Below, one piece after another: positions 23,123 through 33,470 of a stretch of 64,000 bases of DNA. The notes below the pieces were generated by a model. That model did not search any database, was not told the origin of the DNA, and saw only the letters and a list, made by a program, of their open reading frames with translations. The position numbers and the translations under genes were made by a program. Position 1 is the first letter of the stretch, and every line of letters starts with the position of its first letter. Source of the stretch: an uncultured Gammaproteobacteria bacterium (GTDB lineage Bacteria > Pseudomonadota > Gammaproteobacteria > Steroidobacterales > XN24); the NCBI GenBank assembly GCA_947259915.1, contig CAMYOC010000050.1, forward strand, positions 61,342 to 125,341. The letters run 5' to 3'.

Positions 23123-25525
23123 TCAGAACTGGGAGCCGATGGTGAACTGGAACTCCTCCAGCTGATCCTCCGGCTCGTCGTTTAAAGGGATGCCGTAACT
23201 GAAGCGGAACACGCCCATCGGCGATAACCACTCGGCTGCCCCGCCCACGGACTGTCGCAGGTCGTTGAGGTCAAAGTCGAAATCCAGTTCTTCCAGTTCC
23301 CCCTGATTATTGATAATCGGGAACCGCGTACTATCGGTAGAGAATACATTACCGATGTCATAGAACAAACTGAAACGGGCCTTACCCTGGAACTTCTCCA
23401 GCGTCGGTATGACGAGCTCGAACTGGTTGGCCACCATCGCATTGCCGCCGTAAGGATTGCCGTTGGTATCGAAGGGCCCGAGCCGGCCCTCCCGGTAGCC
23501 GCGCACGGTGTCAGGACCACCACCGAAGAAGCGCTTATAGGGCGGCAAGGTCGTGGTCGAGCCGAAGTCCTCGCCCCAGGACAGCTCGCCCGAGTAACTC
23601 AGGGTGAAGGATCTGAACAGCGGCCAGTATTTTTTCCAATCGTAGCGGATCGTATAGTACTCGACCTCGGAACCGGGCCCGGTCGTCGACAGAGCCAGAC
23701 GCTGCCGGGCGCCGCGGTCAGCGAACAAGGACCGGTTACGGCTGTCGTAGCTCCAGCCGGCTATCAGCTCGTAGGTATAGAAGTCCGTCTTGTCGAAGAC
23801 CACGATCCCACCGGGTAACTCAAAAACCTCCTGCGTCGGATTGCCGTTACTGCTCACCCACGCTCGCTGCTGCAGGGAACTGCCACCGCTGGTGGACAAT
23901 TCCGCGCTCTGCACCGCAAGGCCAAAGCGGAAACGCGAATACTCCGAAACCGGGTATCCGTATTCCAGCCCACCGGTCCAGGTCTGCGTGTCAAAATCCG
24001 ACGAGCCATTGGTGAATTGTGTGACATCGCGATAGCTGACCGACATGGTCCGCGAGACGCCGTCCGGGGTCACATAGGGATTGGTATACAGACCTCGGTA
24101 GACGGTGACGTACTCGCTGGTATTGATGTCCAACTCGACCCGATTACCGCTGCCCATAAAGTTGGTATGAACGATATTGCCGTTGAGCAGCACGCCCTGG
24201 GAACCGGAATAGCCGATGCCGCCGCCGAACGAGCCCGGCTGACCTTCGGTGATCTCCACATCGACATCGACCAGATCGTCGGTGCCGGGGACCGGCTGGG
24301 TATCCACCGAGACCTCCTCGACAAACGGCAGCCGCCGCAGCCGCTGCTCCGAGCGCTCGACGCCGCGATTGGAAAGGAAGGCGCCCTCGAGCTGACGCAT
24401 CTCGCGGCGGAACACTTCGTCCTTGGTAGAACGAACGCCGCGGTAGCGGATCTGTCGCACATAAGCGCGCTTGCCCGGATCGACGTAGAAGGTCACCTGA
24501 ACCTCCTTGGTCTCTTCGTTGATCTCCGGGATCGGTTCCACACGGGCGAATGCGAATCCTTCCTCACCGAGACGGTAACTGATCAGATCCGAGGTCTGGG
24601 TCAGCATGCGCAGAGAGAATGTCTGGCCGGGCTTGGCCAGTACCAGGGCCTGGAGCTGCTGTTCCGGCACGACCAGATCGCCGGCCAGGTCGATCCCGGA
24701 GATGATGTAGGGGTCCCCCTCCTCCACATTGATGGTGATAAAGATGTCCTGCTTGTCCGGGGAGATCGCTACCTGGGTCGATCCTACTTCGAAACCGGCA
24801 TAGCCACGGTCCATGTAATAAGAACGCAGGGTTTCCAGATCACCGAGCAGCGTTTCGCGGGCGTAGCGGTCGTCCTGACGATAAAAAGACAGCCAGTTCG
24901 GCGTGCTCAGCTGAAACGCCTTGAGCAGTTCTTCGTCGCTGAACGCCTCGTTGCCGACGACGTTGATCTGCTGGATTCGGGCACGTTTGCCTTCGTCGAT
25001 CTCGATGGCGATGGTGACCGTATTGTCGTCGGACTCCTCGACCTGGGCCTCGACCCTGACGTTGTATTTGCCACGGCTGTAATACTGGTCGGTAAGCAGC
25101 TGCGTCACGTTCGTCAATACGGCTCGATCGAAGGTCCTGCCGGTGGCCAGACCGACATTGCGCAACGATTCTTCCAGCTCCTCGGTCTCGATGTCCTTGT
25201 TGCCGCTGATGGTGAAGGACTTGATCGACGGCCGCTCGCGGACAACGATGACCAGCGTGCTGCCGTCCTGGCGCAGCTCGATGTCTTCGAACAGGCTGGT
25301 GCCGTACAGAGCGCGCAGCGCTTCGTCGACGCGCTGGTTGTCCACCGTGTCGCCGATGGTCACCGGAAGATAGTTGTACACGGTGCCTTCGGAGATCCGC
25401 TGCAGACCCTCGACGCGCATATCGCGGACCACGAACGAGGTCTGCGCCACGGCGACCGAAGCGCAGACCAGGCTGGCGATCAGCGCACAGGCCGGGAGCA
25501 GTCTTTTCAGAGTCATGCAATACAT
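23123..25525 (-). CDS. bamA: outer membrane protein assembly factor BamA
   Basis: Signal peptide, POTRA repeats (FVVRDMRVEGLQRISEGTVYNYL..), a C-terminal beta-barrel and a terminal ..FQFTIGSQF. ATG 25516 is an alternative start. Confidence 0.95.
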   Translation of the reverse strand: MYCMTLKRLLPACALIASLVCASVAVAQTSFVVRDMRVEGLQRISEGTVYNYLPVTIGDTVDNQRVDEALRALYGTSLFEDIELRQDGSTLVIVVRERPSIKSFTISGNKDIETEELEESLRNVGLATGRTFDRAVLTNVTQLLTDQYYSRGKYNVRVEAQVEESDDNTVTIAIEIDEGKRARIQQINVVGNEAFSDEELLKAFQLSTPNWLSFYRQDDRYARETLLGDLETLRSYYMDRGYAGFEVGSTQVAISPDKQDIFITINVEEGDPYIISGIDLAGDLVVPEQQLQALVLAKPGQTFSLRMLTQTSDLISYRLGEEGFAFARVEPIPEINEETKEVQVTFYVDPGKRAYVRQIRYRGVRSTKDEVFRREMRQLEGAFLSNRGVERSEQRLRRLPFVEEVSVDTQPVPGTDDLVDVDVEITEGQPGSFGGGIGYSGSQGVLLNGNIVHTNFMGSGNRVELDINTSEYVTVYRGLYTNPYVTPDGVSRTMSVSYRDVTQFTNGSSDFDTQTWTGGLEYGYPVSEYSRFRFGLAVQSAELSTSGGSSLQQRAWVSSNGNPTQEVFELPGGIVVFDKTDFYTYELIAGWSYDSRNRSLFADRGARQRLALSTTGPGSEVEYYTIRYDWKKYWPLFRSFTLSYSGELSWGEDFGSTTTLPPYKRFFGGGPDTVRGYREGRLGPFDTNGNPYGGNAMVANQFELVIPTLEKFQGKARFSLFYDIGNVFSTDSTRFPIINNQGELEELDFDFDLNDLRQSVGGAAEWLSPMGVFRFSYGIPLNDEPEDQLEEFQFTIGSQF

Positions 25526-25527
25526 AC

Positions 25528-26895
25528 TTACCCGGCCAGTCGGGCGATATCGTTGTAGAAGGCAAAACCCATCAACATCAGCAACAGCACGATGCCGACC
25601 TGTTGGCCGATCAGTTGTGCTTTTTCCGACACCGGGCTGCCCTTGATGATCTCGGCGACCTGGTAGACGATCTGACCGCCGTCGAGCATCGGGATCGGCA
25701 GCAGGTTGAGGATACCGAGACTGATGCTGACGATGGCCAGAAAGGCCAGAAACGCCGCCACACCTGCGCTGGCTGTATAGCCCGCGATCTGCGCGATATT
25801 GATCGGCCCGCTGATGCTCTTGGGCGAGACGTCGCCGGTCACCATCCGGTACAGCATCCTCACCGTCAGGGCGGACATCTCCCAGGTCCGGGTGAGCGCC
25901 TGACCAACGGACGCCAGCGGGCCGAAGCGCTGCTCGGTGATCACCTCGTCATAGAGACCCTCTGGCACCAGCACACCCGCGCCGATCAGGCCGATCACGC
26001 CCTGTTCCGAATCGGTCATGCCGATGGCAAGATCAAGCGTCTGGCGCTGGCCGTCGCGCTCGATCTCCACGGCGACCTGTTGCTCGGGACGCGCACGCAC
26101 GAATTCCACCCAGCTGGCCCAGTCCCTGAACTGCTGGCCTTCGGCCTCGATGATCCGGTCACCGACCTGCAGCCCCGAGCGGGCCGCTGAACCCTCCGCG
26201 CTGAGACTGCCGATCACCGGTGGCACCACCGGCCGCCAGGGCAGGATGCCGAGACGGGGGAAGATATCGGCACCTTCGGTCAGCGCCCTGCGGTCGCCCT
26301 CAACGACCATCAACAACTCGCGCTGGCCGCCGTCGCTCCCGAGCACCCGGAGGCGTGCCTCGCCATCACCGACCAGGCTGTCGAGCAGTTCGATGCGCGC
26401 ATCCATCATGGTCGGGGTGTCGCGCCGTGCCACAGCGACGATGCGATCTCCGGCGCGCAGCCCTGCTGCCGCGGCTGCGGTGCCCTGCTCCACGCCGCCA
26501 ACGACCGGCTGCAGTGCGGTAATCCCGGTCAGGAACATCAGCCAATAGGCGGCCACGGCAAAGATAAAATTGAACAGAGGCCCGGCCACCAGGATCGCGA
26601 TCCGCCGCACCGGCGGTTGCCGATTAAAGGCACGGTGCCGCTGTTCCACCGGCACCGGTCCCTCGCGCTCGTCGAGCAGCTTGACGTAGCCGCCCAGCGG
26701 CACCGCCGCTATCGCGTATTCCACCCCGTCAGGTCCGCTGATACGGCTCCAGATCGGTTTGCCGAAGCCGATGCAAAAACGCAGCACGCGCACGCCCAGC
26801 CGGCGCGCCACCCAGAAATGGCCATACTCGTGGACGGCGACCAGCACGCTGATCGCGACCACGAAGGCCAGGATTGATGTGACAATTTCATTCAT
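25528..26895 (-). CDS. rseP: sigma-E protease RseP (site-2 RIP zinc metalloprotease)
   Basis: HEYGHFWVARR zinc motif, PDZ region and NLLPIPMLDGG motif. Confidence 0.93.
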   Translation of the reverse strand: MNEIVTSILAFVVAISVLVAVHEYGHFWVARRLGVRVLRFCIGFGKPIWSRISGPDGVEYAIAAVPLGGYVKLLDEREGPVPVEQRHRAFNRQPPVRRIAILVAGPLFNFIFAVAAYWLMFLTGITALQPVVGGVEQGTAAAAAGLRAGDRIVAVARRDTPTMMDARIELLDSLVGDGEARLRVLGSDGGQRELLMVVEGDRRALTEGADIFPRLGILPWRPVVPPVIGSLSAEGSAARSGLQVGDRIIEAEGQQFRDWASWVEFVRARPEQQVAVEIERDGQRQTLDLAIGMTDSEQGVIGLIGAGVLVPEGLYDEVITEQRFGPLASVGQALTRTWEMSALTVRMLYRMVTGDVSPKSISGPINIAQIAGYTASAGVAAFLAFLAIVSISLGILNLLPIPMLDGGQIVYQVAEIIKGSPVSEKAQLIGQQVGIVLLLMLMGFAFYNDIARLAG

Positions 26896-26901
26896 GTCTG
26901 G

Positions 26902-28077
26902 TTAGAACCGGAACTTGCCGATAGTTTCCGTCGCCGTCCGCCGCGCCTCATGATCCACCGACAAAATCTGCTCCAGATCGTCGGAGCTCTGGACACTGGA
27001 TTGCGCCAAAACGTCCTCGATTATCCCGCTTATCGCGGTAAAGGGCACCTCTGCGGCCAGAAATGCCTGCACCGCCGCCTCGTTTGCAGCATTTAGCACG
27101 ATCGGCGCGGCACCCCCGCTGCGTGCCGCCTCGAGGGCCAGGCGCAGACAGGGGAAGCGCACCAGGTCCGGCGCGCCGAAGTCCAGGCGCCCGACGGCCA
27201 GCAGATCGAGGGCCTCGACCCCGGAGTCCAGACGCTGCGGCCAGCCCAGCGCGTGGGCGATAGGCGTGCGCATATCCGGGTTGCCCAGCTGGGCCAGGGT
27301 AGAACCATCGCGGAACTGGACCAGGGAATGGACGACACTCTGCGGGTGAATCACGACCTCGATCCGGTCAACCGGGACATCGAACAGACAGCAGGCCTCG
27401 ATCACTTCGAGCCCCTTGTTCATCATCGTCGCCGAGTCCACCGAGATCTTTCGCCCCATGTCCCAGTTCGGATGCGCACAGGCCTGGGCGGGCGTCACCT
27501 GATCCAGCGTAGCGGGATCCCGATCCAGGAATGGCCCACCGGATGCGGTCAACAGGATGCGCTGGACATCGCCGATGGTTTTCTCGCCATCGGCGCCAAG
27601 ACACTGGAACACCGCATTATGCTCGCTGTCGATGGGGATCAGCGTGGCGCCGTGATCGCGCACCGCCCCGGTCAACAGCGGACCCGCCATGACGGCCGAC
27701 TCCTTGTTCGCCAGCAGTACGCGCTTTCCGGCGTGGGCGGCGGCCAGGGTCGGCAACAAGCCCGCCGCACCAACGATCGCCGCCATCACGAATTCCGCTC
27801 CATCCAGCGCCGCTGCCTGTTCCAGCGCCGCGGCACCCGCGACGGCACGGGTAGACAAACCCGCGGCCCGCAGCCCCGCCTCGAACGCGGCCAGATGGGA
27901 TGGATCCGCGAGCGCCGCCAGTTGCGGCTGAAATTCCCGACACTGATCGAGCAGCAGCCGGTGATTACTGCGCGCGGTCAGCGCTGCCACGCGGAAGCGG
28001 CCCGCATTACGCCGGACCACATCCAGAGTGCTGAGACCGACGCTGCCTGTTGACCCGAGGACGACCAGTCCGGTCAT
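26902..28077 (-). CDS. dxr: 1-deoxy-D-xylulose 5-phosphate reductoisomerase
   Basis: VLGSTGSVGLSTLDV..LANKES..IDSEHNA..HPNWDMG.. are Dxr motifs. Confidence 0.95.
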   Translation of the reverse strand: MTGLVVLGSTGSVGLSTLDVVRRNAGRFRVAALTARSNHRLLLDQCREFQPQLAALADPSHLAAFEAGLRAAGLSTRAVAGAAALEQAAALDGAEFVMAAIVGAAGLLPTLAAAHAGKRVLLANKESAVMAGPLLTGAVRDHGATLIPIDSEHNAVFQCLGADGEKTIGDVQRILLTASGGPFLDRDPATLDQVTPAQACAHPNWDMGRKISVDSATMMNKGLEVIEACCLFDVPVDRIEVVIHPQSVVHSLVQFRDGSTLAQLGNPDMRTPIAHALGWPQRLDSGVEALDLLAVGRLDFGAPDLVRFPCLRLALEAARSGGAAPIVLNAANEAAVQAFLAAEVPFTAISGIIEDVLAQSSVQSSDDLEQILSVDHEARRTATETIGKFRF

Positions 28078-28862
28078 GACATGCGGATCCCACCGAAGAC
28101 GAGGATAAACAAGGGCAGTGCCGCCAGCAGGCTGTCGATGCGGTCCAACACCCCACCGTGGCCGGGGAAGATGCTACCGCTGTCCTTGAGACCGGCGGCG
28201 CGTTTGAGCATGCTGATAGTGAGATCGCCGAGAACCGAGAACGCAGCCACCAGTACTGCCGCCGCGACCGTAAGCGGCAGACTTGTACCGAACCAGGTCG
28301 CGCCCGCCGCGGCAGCAACCGCCACCGCCAGCAGCCCCCCGGCGACACCTTCCCAGGTCTTGCCCGGGCTCACCTTGACCGCAAGCTTGTGGCGGCCAAA
28401 CGCGCGACCGGTAAAAAATGCACCCACGTCAGCCGCTGCCACAAGCACGAACAGGAACAGCGTCCATTGGGGGCCCCAGGAAGCCAGCAGCCCGAACAAC
28501 AACAGCCAGCCCAGGGGCATCACGATCAAGCCCGAACCCAGCGCATAGACCCGGGCCACCGGCACCGGGAAGCGGAGCATCCAGTACAAGCCGATGAGCC
28601 AGACCGACAAGCTGAGCCACAACAGACCCTCGGCACCGGCCTGCCAGAGGTCGCTGGCGAGCCACGTGGCCGCCGCTACCACCGTGACGAAGGCGGCACG
28701 CGTCGCCGGCTGCTGGCATCGACCCAGCCCGGACCATTCCCATGCGCCGACCGCCATCAACAGACCCAGCACCACCGCCGCCACCGGCAACGGCGCGGCG
28801 AACAGCAGCAGCAGCAGGCCCCCACCCAGCGCCAGCGCGGTGATCAGACGCTGCCGGATCAT
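28074..28862 (-). CDS. cdsA: phosphatidate cytidylyltransferase
   Basis: CDS signature SMLKRAAGLKDSGSIFPGHGGVLDRIDS in a polytopic membrane protein. Confidence 0.9.
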   Translation of the reverse strand: MIRQRLITALALGGGLLLLLFAAPLPVAAVVLGLLMAVGAWEWSGLGRCQQPATRAAFVTVVAAATWLASDLWQAGAEGLLWLSLSVWLIGLYWMLRFPVPVARVYALGSGLIVMPLGWLLLFGLLASWGPQWTLFLFVLVAAADVGAFFTGRAFGRHKLAVKVSPGKTWEGVAGGLLAVAVAAAAGATWFGTSLPLTVAAAVLVAAFSVLGDLTISMLKRAAGLKDSGSIFPGHGGVLDRIDSLLAALPLFILVFGGIRMS

Positions 28863-29611
28863 CGAGCCGACTCCAGAGCCTGTTCGGGGGTGCGGCCGAA
28901 ACGCCGCTCACGGCGGGCGTAAAAATCCAGCGCCTTGTCCAGCTCATTATCATCGAAGGCCGGCCACAGGACGTCGGTGAAATACAGCTCTGCGTAGGCC
29001 AGGTTCCAGAGCAGGAAGTTGCTGATGCGGAATTCGCCGCCAGTGCGGATCAGGAGATCGGGGTCCGGCAGATCGGCCAGGCAGAGTCTCCCGGCGATCA
29101 GCGCTTCGTTGACCGACTCGGGATCGAGGGATCCCGCCGCCGCTTCGGCGGCGATCTGTCGCGCTGCTGCGGTGATATCCCAGCGCCCGCCATAGGACAA
29201 TGCCACGACCAGAATCAGCCCATGGTTGTCGCGCGTGCGCCCCTCCGCGCGGCTCATGCGTTCGCGGACCACCGGGGTGAGTAGCGCGCGATCGCCGATA
29301 AATCTCAGCTGTACGCCCTGACGATCGAGTTCATCGACTTCCCGATCCAGGGCTTCGACCATCAACTTCATCAGCATGCCGACTTCCTGCTGCGGCCGCT
29401 TCCAGTTCTCGCTGCTGAAAGCGAACAGGCTGAGCACGCGGACGCCTCGCCGGCCACAAGCCTCGACGATCTGACGGGCAGCTTTGACGCCGGCACGATG
29501 GCCGGCCTGACGCGGCATGCCGCGCCCGCGAGCCCAGCGTCCATTGCCGTCCATGATGACGGCCACATGTTGCGGCACACGCTCGTCGGGATTGTTTGCG
29601 GGGCTCGACAT
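28859..29611 (-). CDS. uppS: ditrans,polycis-undecaprenyl-diphosphate synthase
   Basis: HVAVIMDGNGRWA..FAFSSENWKRP..RTGGEFRISNFLLWNLAYAELYF. Confidence 0.95.
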   Translation of the reverse strand: MSSPANNPDERVPQHVAVIMDGNGRWARGRGMPRQAGHRAGVKAARQIVEACGRRGVRVLSLFAFSSENWKRPQQEVGMLMKLMVEALDREVDELDRQGVQLRFIGDRALLTPVVRERMSRAEGRTRDNHGLILVVALSYGGRWDITAAARQIAAEAAAGSLDPESVNEALIAGRLCLADLPDPDLLIRTGGEFRISNFLLWNLAYAELYFTDVLWPAFDDNELDKALDFYARRERRFGRTPEQALESAR

Positions 29612-29631
29612 CAGGGGGCGACCGTAACCGG

Positions 29632-30189
29632 TCAGACTTCCATCAGCTCGGTTTCCTTGGCCGCCAGGTGTTGATCTATTTCAGCGATGTGCTGGTCGGT
29701 CAGGCCCTGCACATCGTCGTGGAAACGGCGATCCTCGTCCTCGGTGATGTCCTTGTCCTTGAGCAGATCCTTGGAATGATGCAGGGCGTCGCGACGGATA
29801 TTGCGGATCGCGACCCGGGCCCCTTCAGCTTCGTGGCGCACGACCCGCACCAGATCCTTGCGCCGTTCCTCGGTCAGCGGCGGCAGCGGTACGCGGATGA
29901 CCAGACCGGAGGTCGCCGGCGTCAGTCCCAGATCACTGGTCATGATGGCCTTCTCCACCTTCTGCACCATGGTCTTTTCCCATGGCGAGATGGTGAGGGT
30001 ACGCGCGTCTTCCACGCCGACGCTGGCCACCTGATTGAGCGGCACCTCGCTGCCGTAATAATCGACGGTGACGTGATCCAGGAGGCTGGTGTGTGCGCGC
30101 CCGGTGCGCAGCTTCTGCAGCTCCTGCTGGAATGCGGCCACGCTCTTCTTCATGCGCTCGATGGCGTCTTTCCTGATTTCGTCCAACAT
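29632..30189 (-). CDS. frr: ribosome recycling factor
   Basis: [32 protein letters not shown].., 185 aa. The track ORF up to 30360 is an upstream extension into pyrH. Confidence 0.95.
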   Translation of the reverse strand: MLDEIRKDAIERMKKSVAAFQQELQKLRTGRAHTSLLDHVTVDYYGSEVPLNQVASVGVEDARTLTISPWEKTMVQKVEKAIMTSDLGLTPATSGLVIRVPLPPLTEERRKDLVRVVRHEAEGARVAIRNIRRDALHHSKDLLKDKDITEDEDRRFHDDVQGLTDQHIAEIDQHLAAKETELMEV

Positions 30190-30202
30190 CCGACTTCTCC
30201 TG

Positions 30203-30946
30203 TCAGTCCTGCAGCATCTCCGCCTCGTTGGTGACCAGGGTGCCGATGTCCTCGCCGTGCAGGATCCGCAGCAGATCACCCTTTGCATGAACGTTGAATA
30301 CGCGCAGCGGCAGATCGTTATCGCGACACATGACGATCGCGGTCGCGTCCATGACCGCAAGCTTGTCTGTCAGCACCTGATCGTAGGATAGCCGCACGTA
30401 GCGCCTGGCGTCCGGCTCGATCATCGGATCGGCGGTGAAGACGCCGTTGACCTTGGTCGCCTTGAGCAGCAGGTCAGCGCCGATCTCGATCGCGCGCAGA
30501 CTGGCGGCGGTATCGGTGGTAAAAAACGGGTTACCGGTCCCGGCGGCCAACAACACCACGCGGCTTTTCTCCAGGTGGCGCATGGCGCGGCGGCGGATGT
30601 AATCCTCGCACACGTCATAGACGCGCAAGGCCGACATCACGCGGGCGTGGACGCCCAGCTTCTCCAGCGCATCCTGCATCGCCAGCGAGTTCATCACCGT
30701 AGCCAGCATGCCCATATGGTCACCGGTGACCCGATCCATACCGGATTGCGCCAGACCAGCACCGCGGAAGATGTTGCCGCCGCCGATGACCACGGCGACC
30801 TGGATGCCCATCTCGCGCACGTCGCGGATCTCCCCGGCAATCCGCAACATCGTCGAAGGGTCGATCCCGTAATCCACCCCACCCAGCAACGCTTCGCCGC
30901 TGAGTTTGAGGAGGATGCGTTTGGGAATTCGAGATTTCCTGCTCAT
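30203..30946 (-). CDS. pyrH: UMP kinase
   Basis: ..[22 protein letters not shown].. are UMP kinase motifs. The start is ATG 30946. Confidence 0.95.
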   Translation of the reverse strand: MSRKSRIPKRILLKLSGEALLGGVDYGIDPSTMLRIAGEIRDVREMGIQVAVVIGGGNIFRGAGLAQSGMDRVTGDHMGMLATVMNSLAMQDALEKLGVHARVMSALRVYDVCEDYIRRRAMRHLEKSRVVLLAAGTGNPFFTTDTAASLRAIEIGADLLLKATKVNGVFTADPMIEPDARRYVRLSYDQVLTDKLAVMDATAIVMCRDNDLPLRVFNVHAKGDLLRILHGEDIGTLVTNEAEMLQD

Positions 30947-31039
30947 TGCACCCGCCTTTGTATCGCTCAAAAAGAACCCCGCGTCGGAGGCGGGGCTCTC
31001 AGGTCTCAATTCTAACGCAATTCAGCGTCCACCGAGCGC

Positions 31040-31918
31040 TCAGGCGCCACGCGCCTGGGCCATGACTTCCTCGACAAAATTTTCCTGCTTCTTTTCGATC
31101 CCCTCGCCCACCTCGAAGCGGACGAAACCGGCGACCGTGGCGTTCTTGCCCGCCAACAGCTTGGCCACGGTCAGGTCGGGATCCTTGACGAAGGGCTGAC
31201 CCAGCAGCGTGACCTCGGCCAGGTACTTGCGCAGCCGGCCTTCGACCATCTTCTCCACGATCGCGTCCGGCTTGCCCTCGTTGCGAGCCTGCTCGGTGAG
31301 GATTTCGCGCTCCTTGGCCAATAGCTCCTTGGGCACATCGGTCTCGGCCACACACAATGGCTTGCTCGCGGCAATGTGCATGGCGACGTCGCGCGCCAGC
31401 TCGTCATCACCGCCATTCATCGCCACCGCCACGCCGATGCGCTTGCCGTGCAGATAGCTGCCCACACGCTCGGCGCCTTCGATGGTCTGGAAGCGGCGCA
31501 CGTTGATGTTTTCGCCGATCTTGGCGATCAGCGCGCGGCGGGCCTCTTCGACGCTGGCGGCGCCGCTCATCGGCAGCGCCATCAGCGCATCATGGTCAGC
31601 GGGGCGCTCGGCCAGGGCCAGATCAGCGACCGCCGCGGCGAAGCCACCAAAGTCCTCACCGGAGGAGACAAAGTCAGTCTCGCAGTTAATTTCGATCAGG
31701 ACCGCGCCGGTGCCGTCGTCGGAGCGGCTGATCGCGACCAGTCCCTCCGCGGCCACCCGCCCGGACTTCTTGTCGGCCTTCGCCAGCCCGGCCTTGCGCA
31801 TGTTCTCGACTGCCGTATCCAGGTCGCCGCCCGTCTCCACCAGCGCTTTCTTGCACTCCATCATGCCGGCGCCAGTGCGCTCCCGCAGCTCTTTTACCAG
31901 CGATGCAGAAATCGTCAT
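31040..31918 (-). CDS. tsf: translation elongation factor Ts
   Basis: [32 protein letters not shown].. is a canonical EF-Ts N-terminus. Confidence 0.96.
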   Translation of the reverse strand: MTISASLVKELRERTGAGMMECKKALVETGGDLDTAVENMRKAGLAKADKKSGRVAAEGLVAISRSDDGTGAVLIEINCETDFVSSGEDFGGFAAAVADLALAERPADHDALMALPMSGAASVEEARRALIAKIGENINVRRFQTIEGAERVGSYLHGKRIGVAVAMNGGDDELARDVAMHIAASKPLCVAETDVPKELLAKEREILTEQARNEGKPDAIVEKMVEGRLRKYLAEVTLLGQPFVKDPDLTVAKLLAGKNATVAGFVRFEVGEGIEKKQENFVEEVMAQARGA

Positions 31919-31990
31919 TACCGTTACCTCAGTAGATCTAAATGCGACTGCCCGGGCATTGGACTCGCCGTGCCGCCGTCAGGATCGGAA

Positions 31991-32024
31991 GCCGGCACCC
32001 CGGCCTGCGCCAGGGGGTGCCGGC
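31991..32024 (-). terminator. rpsB-tsf intercistronic hairpin (possible partial terminator or processing signal)
   Basis: Perfect 11-bp stem GCCGGCACCCC/GGGGTGCCGGC with a 12-nt loop, 14 nt after the rpsB stop. It is followed by TTCC only, with no clear U-tract. Confidence 0.35.
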
Positions 32025-32037
32025 GATCAGATTCGCC

Positions 32038-33219
32038 TCAGGACGCGGGCCCCGCGTCCTTGTCATCGGCCTCAGCACCCGCGGCTTCCCCGGTCTTGGC
32101 CGTCTTCGGCTTGGCTTTGGCCTTTGCCTTGGCTTTTGCCGCAGGCTTGGCCTTTGCCTTGGCTTTTGCCGCAGGCTTGGCCTTTGCCTTGGCCTTGGCC
32201 TTGGCCTTGGCCGCAGGCTTGGCCTCCGCCTTCGGGGCCGGTTCAGAGGTGGTTTCGGGGGCCTGGTCCGCTTCAGCTTTCTCGGCAGGCGCCGGTTCCG
32301 CCGCTTCGGCCTCGACAGGCGCCGATTCCGCTGCCTTGGCCTCGACCGCCTTCGGCTCCTCCGCTTTACTGGCCTTTTCGATCGCTTCGGCCGCTTCAGC
32401 CTTGGTCGGCTTTACTTTCTTCGCGGCAGGCTTTTTGCGGGCCGGGGCCTTCTTCTTCGGTGCGGCAGTCTGTTCCCGGGGCTTGCCGGACTCGTCGAGT
32501 TCGACAAAATCGCTGGTCCCTTCGGGCACCGAGGGCACGCTTTCCTTGCCATCGATAACCGAGTCTGCGATCCCGACCGCGTAGAGCTCGATAGCGCGCA
32601 TGGCGTCGTCATTGCCGGGGATCACGTAGTCGACCCCGGCAGGAGAGCAGTTGGTATCGACCACGGCTACCACCGGGATGCCCAGCTTGTTGGCCTCGGC
32701 CAGCGCGATCTTCTCGTGGCCGACATCGATCAGGAACAACGCGTCAGGCAGGTTCGGCATCGCCTTGATCCCGCCCAGGCTACGCTCGAGCTTGTCCATC
32801 TCCCGGCGCAGCTGCAGCACTTCCTTCTTGTTCATGGCCTCGAACGAGCCGTCTTCGGCCTGGGCCTCGAGATCGGTCAGGCGTTTGATCGACTGCTTGA
32901 CCGTCTTGTAGTTGGTGAGCATCCCGCCCAGCCAGCGATAGGTGACGTGCGGCATACCGCAACGCACCGCCTCACTGCGCACGCAATCCCGCGCGGCACG
33001 CTTGGTGCCGACAAACATCACGGTACCGCCGTCGGCGACCAGTTTGCGCACGAACGCGGCAGCCTGCTCATAGAGCGGCAGCGTCTGCTCGAGATTGATG
33101 ATGTGGATCTTGTTCCGCTCGCCGAAGATGAAGGGCGCCATCTTCGGGTTCCAGTAGCGGGTCTGATGACCGAAATGCACGCCAGCTTCCAGCATCTGGC
33201 GCATGGACACGTTTGCCAT
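32038..33219 (-). CDS. rpsB: 30S ribosomal protein S2 with a ~150-aa low-complexity C-terminal extension
   Basis: [27 protein letters not shown].. aligns with E. coli S2 up to about residue 242 (..SDFVELDE). A further 150 aa follow that are rich in A/K/E/P, including ([10 protein letters not shown])n. The total is 393 aa, against roughly 240 aa for typical S2. Confidence 0.93.
   Translation of the reverse strand: MANVSMRQMLEAGVHFGHQTRYWNPKMAPFIFGERNKIHIINLEQTLPLYEQAAAFVRKLVADGGTVMFVGTKRAARDCVRSEAVRCGMPHVTYRWLGGMLTNYKTVKQSIKRLTDLEAQAEDGSFEAMNKKEVLQLRREMDKLERSLGGIKAMPNLPDALFLIDVGHEKIALAEANKLGIPVVAVVDTNCSPAGVDYVIPGNDDAMRAIELYAVGIADSVIDGKESVPSVPEGTSDFVELDESGKPREQTAAPKKKAPARKKPAAKKVKPTKAEAAEAIEKASKAEEPKAVEAKAAESAPVEAEAAEPAPAEKAEADQAPETTSEPAPKAEAKPAAKAKAKAKAKAKPAAKAKAKAKPAAKAKAKAKAKPKTAKTGEAAGAEADDKDAGPAS
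32121..32222. repeat. 30-nt tandem repeat (about 3 units, the last expanded by GCCTTG hexamers) inside the rpsB 3' region
   Basis: cctttgccttggcttttgccgcaggcttgg occurs at 32121-32150 and identically at 32151-32180. A third unit at 32181-32222 has extra ccttgg hexamers. The repeat encodes the [10 protein letters not shown] repeats. Confidence 0.85.
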
Positions 33220-33470
33220 GTTGTACTCCAGGGGGTTGGGCCTCCATGCACCCCACCCGGAAACCCTGCGGCAGCGTCCCGTGAGGGTGCTGGCGCCGGG
33301 CACCCAACCGGGCGTGACGGTGCATGTGTGGGTTTAGATTGCGAAAAGGAAGCGCGCTTTATACCATATCGCTTCGCGCGGAACAATCTCCCCTAACCAG
33401 CAAAATCAAGGGATTGCGGCGATCCCCGGCGGGATCGCCCGGGATCGGCAGCGCAAATCTCGGGACCACT

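Noticed and set aside
32095-32235. GCCTTG/GGCTTT repeat tract as a possible CRISPR, microsatellite or standalone repeat element
   Set aside because: There are no spacers. The tract is in frame within rpsB and encodes the AKAK(P) repeats, so it is reported as a coding tandem repeat instead.
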